A DNA stretch of 64,000 bases, from the NCBI RefSeq assembly GCF_001194135.2, contig NC_068981.1:34211680-34275679 (forward strand), in the 5' to 3' direction. Under the pieces are notes generated by a model. The model was not told the DNA's origin. It was given only the letters and a program-made list of their open reading frames with translations, and searched no databases. Below are positions 62,745 to 64,000 of the stretch, in pieces. Within the stretch, counting starts at the first letter, position 1. Each line of letters begins with the position of its first letter. The DNA comes from Octopus bimaculoides. Its lineage: Eukaryota. The translations under genes and the position numbers were made by a program.

Positions 62745-62950
62745 TTTCATATGTTTCAGTCATTTGACTGCAGCCATACTGGAGCACCGTCTTAAAAGGT
62801 TCCTTAGTCGAACAAATCGATCCCAGGACTTATTCTTTGCAAGCCTAGTACTTATTCGCTCTCTCTTTGGCTGGACCCCTAAGCTACGGGCACGTAAACA
62901 CACCAACATGGGTTGACAAGCGATGGTGGGTGGACAAACAGACACAAAGA
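62745..62950 (-). mobile_element. SINE family C, 3' half
   Basis: GTTTCAGTCATTTGACTGC...GGAGCACCG...GACAAACAGACAC. Confidence 0.85.
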
Positions 62951-63129
62951 CATTCACACATAATTACTATGTGTATANNNNNNNNNNNNNNNNNNNNNNN
63001 NNNNNNNNNNNNNNNNNNNNNNNNNNNNNNNNNNNNNNNNNNNNNNNNNNNNNNNNNNNNNNNNNNNNNNNNNNNNNNNNNNNNNNNNNNNNNNNNNNNN
63101 NNNNNNNNNNNNNNNNNNNNNNNNNNNNN

Positions 63130-63456
63130 TTCGATTCCCAGACCGGGCGTTGTGAGTGTTTATTGAGCGAGAACACCTAAAGCTCCACGAGGCTCCGGCA
63201 GGGGATGGTGGCGAACCCTGCTGCACTCTTTCACCACAACTTTCTCTCACTCTTACTTCCTGTTTCTGTTGTGCCTGTAACTCAAAGGGTCAGCCTTGTC
63301 ACACTATGTCACGCTGAATATCCCCGAGAACCACGTTAAGGGTACACGTGTCTCTGGAGTGCTCAGCCACTTGCACGTTATTTTCACGAGCAGGCTGTTC
63401 CGTTGATTGGATCAACTGGAACCCTCGTCGTCGTAAGCGACGGAGTGCCAACAACA
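63130..63456 (+). mobile_element. SINE family B (head in gap)
   Basis: Colinear with 7325-7650; ends GCGACGGAGTGCCAACAACAA. Confidence 0.92.
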
Positions 63457-63699
63457 AATATGTATGAGTTTGTGTAGGGGTGTCAGGATTCCGATCATGA
63501 GGCTTCAGTCTTTCGATTAAGTGAGCAAGTATATTCCCTGAAATAGCGGATAATTGACTGAGTATTCGACAGACATGTACACCACGTAAAACCTTAATGT
63601 AATTCTCAGACGATATCGATGTGAAACAAGGCTCAACTTTTAAACTATAGGTATAATCAATCCGATTGGCTTCCATGCAGATTTAGTCTACCTATTTAT

Positions 63700-64000
63700 T
63701 CACATAATAGGGTAAAAATCTGATATTAATTAATATCAATTTAATACCAGAAAACCAGCACATTAAAAGAACCAGAAGATTCAGAAAAGGATTATAGTAT
63801 AAATATATAAAAAATATGTGTATATAAAAGAGACCACTAAGTGGACTGCTAATGTGCTAGAAGAAGATCACTTAAAAATTCTCAAAGAAAAATTCAGCAA
63901 AGCAAAAGCAGGCGGGCGAGACTAGTGAAAATTATAGAAATAAGTGATCTTCTAGTACATTAGCAGTCCACTTAGTGGTCTCTTTTATATATACATATAA
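63700..64000. repeat. Fold-back repeat family F, copy 2 (~60-bp imperfect inverted arms, 66-bp spacer)
   Basis: 63814-63874 pairs with 63941-63998 (two substitutions, one 3-bp indel); GACCACTAAGTGGAC...GCTAGAA..GATCAC is shared with 12735-12776. Confidence 0.85.

Overview
AT-rich, microsatellite-saturated eukaryotic draft-assembly DNA with more than 20 N-gaps. It is probably a coleoid cephalopod such as Octopus; this is inferred from the look of the SINE and LINE families and was not checked against a database. No intact host gene can be supported, and the ORF track mostly reflects microsatellites, gaps and decayed transposon ORFs. The window is a retroelement graveyard: Penelope-like elements (RT, GIY-YIG, pseudo-LTRs), CR1, RTE, Tx1/L1, R4/Dong-like and HERO-like LINE fragments, mariner and Tigger fragments, at least four tRNA-headed SINE families with exchangeable 3' tails, and an LTR-like promoter module. 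The most notable signal is a set of type I hammerhead ribozyme folds in three Penelope-type terminal-repeat families. One family has a long stem II with compensatory changes between copies, and another has a non-canonical core (CUGUYGA) in both full copies. Also notable are a SINE carrying the 3' tail of a co-resident Tx1/L1 element, RLE-type LINEs repeatedly inserted in (CATA)n microsatellites, and a fold-back repeat family. All alignments and folds were done by eye, so coordinates are approximate to a few bases.
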